64,000 bases of DNA from Pavona decussata (Eukaryota): NCBI GenBank assembly GCA_977016875.1, contig CDRNST010000104.1, positions 5,518,001 through 5,582,000 on the forward strand, given 5' to 3'. Below the pieces are notes generated by a model. The model was given only the letters and a program-made list of their open reading frames with translations. It was not told where the DNA came from and ran no database searches. The translations under genes and the position numbers were made by a program. Below are positions 61,308 through 64,000 of this stretch, one piece after another (within the stretch, counting starts at the first letter, position 1; every line of letters begins with the position of its first letter).

Positions 61308-63039
61308 CACAACAGAACAAAAGTATAAGCAAAGTAATCAAAGTAGGGAAAAGACTGCAGCTACAACAAGAGGCAAAAACAAAGCAAGACAAAAATCCCG
61401 GATTACTGCCAAACGTTTGGGCATTTTCTTCTTTCGCAGTATCAGTAACTATGCGTTTCTGGTTGAGGACAGATATTCGCGTCTTGCAGAGTTTGTTTCC
61501 TTTTGCTAGTTTGATTAATTAAGAACTTCCCCGGTGGTTGAAACGAAGTCGAGACGTTTACCAGCACTGATTCAGATTAATGAAAGGAGTGACATAACAT
61601 ACATTACCCGTGAAGCCCTCTACTGAACTCTAAAGGTCGTTGGGGAGAGTTAGACCGCGCAACACATGACGCGGTGAAGTGGAGAAGGGTGTAATTATAA
61701 ATGACTCTAGTCTTACCAGGATGCGGTGGAGAGGCCAGCCCAGCACAAGACAGAAAACGTTGGAGAAACTCTAAAGAATTCAAGTACGATGTAAGTTGTT
61801 TCAGAAGTGAGTAAGCAATCAACTGTAGGCCTAACCGCATGCATGTCACATTACTCTTTGCCGGATAATTAACAGTAACGGAAAGAAATTGTAGATTTAG
61901 AAAAATGGGTTTTGTGATTGACATAATGTCAACCCCCTTTCTAAGAAAGATAATGTTAAATGTGTTGACCCAGCATAATCAGTCACTAAGATAAATAAAA
62001 TGACTGAAAAGTAAATTGCTGGCATGTAATCACACGGAAATGTGTAGAAGCCAACAAAACGTACTTTGTCTATTAGCATAATACTTGTAACGAAAACTCA
62101 CTGAAATTAAACTCGGAAATTGTTATTGTAGTCATGAAAAATATAAACAAGAAAAGCTCTTTTATTCGACAGAAGTTTCTGTCGAAACATGTTTTCAAAT
62201 TTAAAAAGTGTTGTGTGGTTTCTTAGAATATTAAAATATATATATATAATAATATTTAGATTCTTTCTGTAGAACTATTAGGGAGAAAGCTAAAAATTAA
62301 GAAAAATAACCATCATTTTAATTAATACCTGAAAAGCTGTAATTCATGTTGGTTAAGATATATTTCAGTTTTTCGTGAGCGCACTATTTGACTCACTTAG
62401 CCTTTTGGTAGTCTTCCGTACAACGCTTGTTTCTTCACCTCAATAAACTTAATTTTATGTATCTTAAAATTCTTACGGAGGTTTAGTGGACAACTTGAAG
62501 TTGTCTCTGCAAAAGTTAATCTTATTTTCCTTGATTTTGAAAATACACTGTCCTGATTAATATCTTCTTAGCTGCTTACCTTCGATGTACTTTTCCTAAG
62601 ACTTAATGAATTAGCGTTTAAAGAGAGTGTTTCTTTAATTTGCTGATAAAGTAAGGAAGGAAGCTTCAAATTTCATGATATAAAAAGTGTAGGGCGCTGT
62701 CTCTTATTTACAACTTACCAAACTTTAGATTTACATCGACGAAATGTAACTTGCTACTTTATTTTACGCATGGTAGTGCTCATTTGCTTATAGTTAGTTA
62801 TTTCTTTTATGGTGGGAATTTTTTTCAAAGAAAATCATGCTCCACTCTTAATTACATGATAGTAATCTTTTGAGCTGTCAACTCTCTTAGAACTTATATA
62901 TCTCAAAACGTTTGTCTTTAATTTGACTGAAAATTGAATATCTGGGGTTTTGTTTGGTTTAAAACTTTTCACACCAGTTTAATTTTTATTTTCCTTTGTG
63001 CAATATTTATTACCATAATCTGAGACAGAGGGAAATGAA

Positions 63040-63436
63040 CACTGCACGAAAAAACGCCTTTGCGCGCATCAAATGTGTGGTCGAAGACTGTTAAAGGCCG
63101 CCTTTGATTACCTTTGATTCGAATCACAGGTGACAAAGGCCGCATTTGATTCACGGTGGAGTCAAATTTGATTTGAATCAAAGATATCACAAATTTGATC
63201 CACCTTTGATGCGCGTCATAGGCGGAGTCAAAGTTGTTTGATTTCAATTTGACGCGCGTCAAAGGTAGGGTCAAAGTGGTTTATACATTTGAACTCACTT
63301 TTGATTCGAGTCAAATGTATATGCAAAGGCGTCACATATTTGATGCGCATCAAATGTGTTGTCAAAAATGTTATTATATTTGACCTCATCTTTGATACGG
63401 ATCAAAAAAAGAGCAAATCCAATTTTTCGTGCGGTG
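63040..63436. mobile_element. EnSpm/CACTA-like non-autonomous element
   Basis: GAA|CACTGCACGAAAAA ... TTTTTCGTGCGGTG|GAA with many internal TTTGA/TCAAA motifs in both orientations. Confidence 0.8.
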
Positions 63437-64000
63437 GAAATCAAACTGGTTGGAAAATTATTAAACCAAAAACATTTTGAACCACAACATATACACAAAG
63501 ACTAAGTCATGAGAGAGAGAAGCACGTTAAGATAAACAAAGAAGCCACAAGTTACAAAGATGAAAGAGGAAGTGCAAAGAAAAAGTAAGACTATAAGTAA
63601 GTATACTACTTCAATCTCTGATTCAGTGTACTTAGTGTTGGGGATAATTAGTGGTATCTCAGCGGGTTATCTGAACTTCCCGATTTTCTGAGATCCCTTC
63701 CGACAAATGCGTGTGAAATATTTACAAAAACAGTAAGAGAATTGAGACAGCCAGGAGATAATGTAAATTATTTCGTATTGTAAATTACAAGCTGCTGACA
63801 AAAGAATAGAACTTAAAGATAACTAACTATCTGTACCTGTAAATTTTCCTTTTTGTGAGGGTGCGATCAAATATATTTCATAGTATTCACTGATGTATTT
63901 ATTTCACTGTAATAGATTTTCTTAATATTGAACTGGAAACCAGCAAAATATCTGACTATACACGCAGCTTTTATGACGATACAGTTCCCCAGTATTCGCG

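Overview
Eukaryotic, AT-rich, repeat-dense genomic DNA with two N-gaps. The repeat families and gene types look anthozoan, most likely a stony coral (inference). Genes: (i) two paralogous class-A (rhodopsin-like, neuropeptide-receptor-type) GPCRs on the minus strand, each with a single coding exon (20848-21954, 53999-54985) and both with HPWLF in place of NPxxY; the second has a truncated C-tail; (ii) a spliced plus-strand gene, mostly missed by the ORF track, whose five coding exons (44856-48930) join in frame to PAN/Apple-EGF-PLAT, with a possibly decayed signal-peptide exon near 41.2 kb; (iii) a duplicated, decayed first exon of a probable membrane protein (38 kb and 51.6 kb). Parts of the region upstream of GPCR1 (intron, non-coding exon, promoter) recur twice more at the left of the window with no coding exon attached. 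The remainder is transposon debris: several LINEs (one ORF1-only), DIRS/Ngaro, Gypsy, Penelope and Crypton-like remnants, tRNA-derived SINEs, a tRNA-containing fold-back repeat family, and many MITEs, some nested. All calls are by eye and TE boundaries are approximate.
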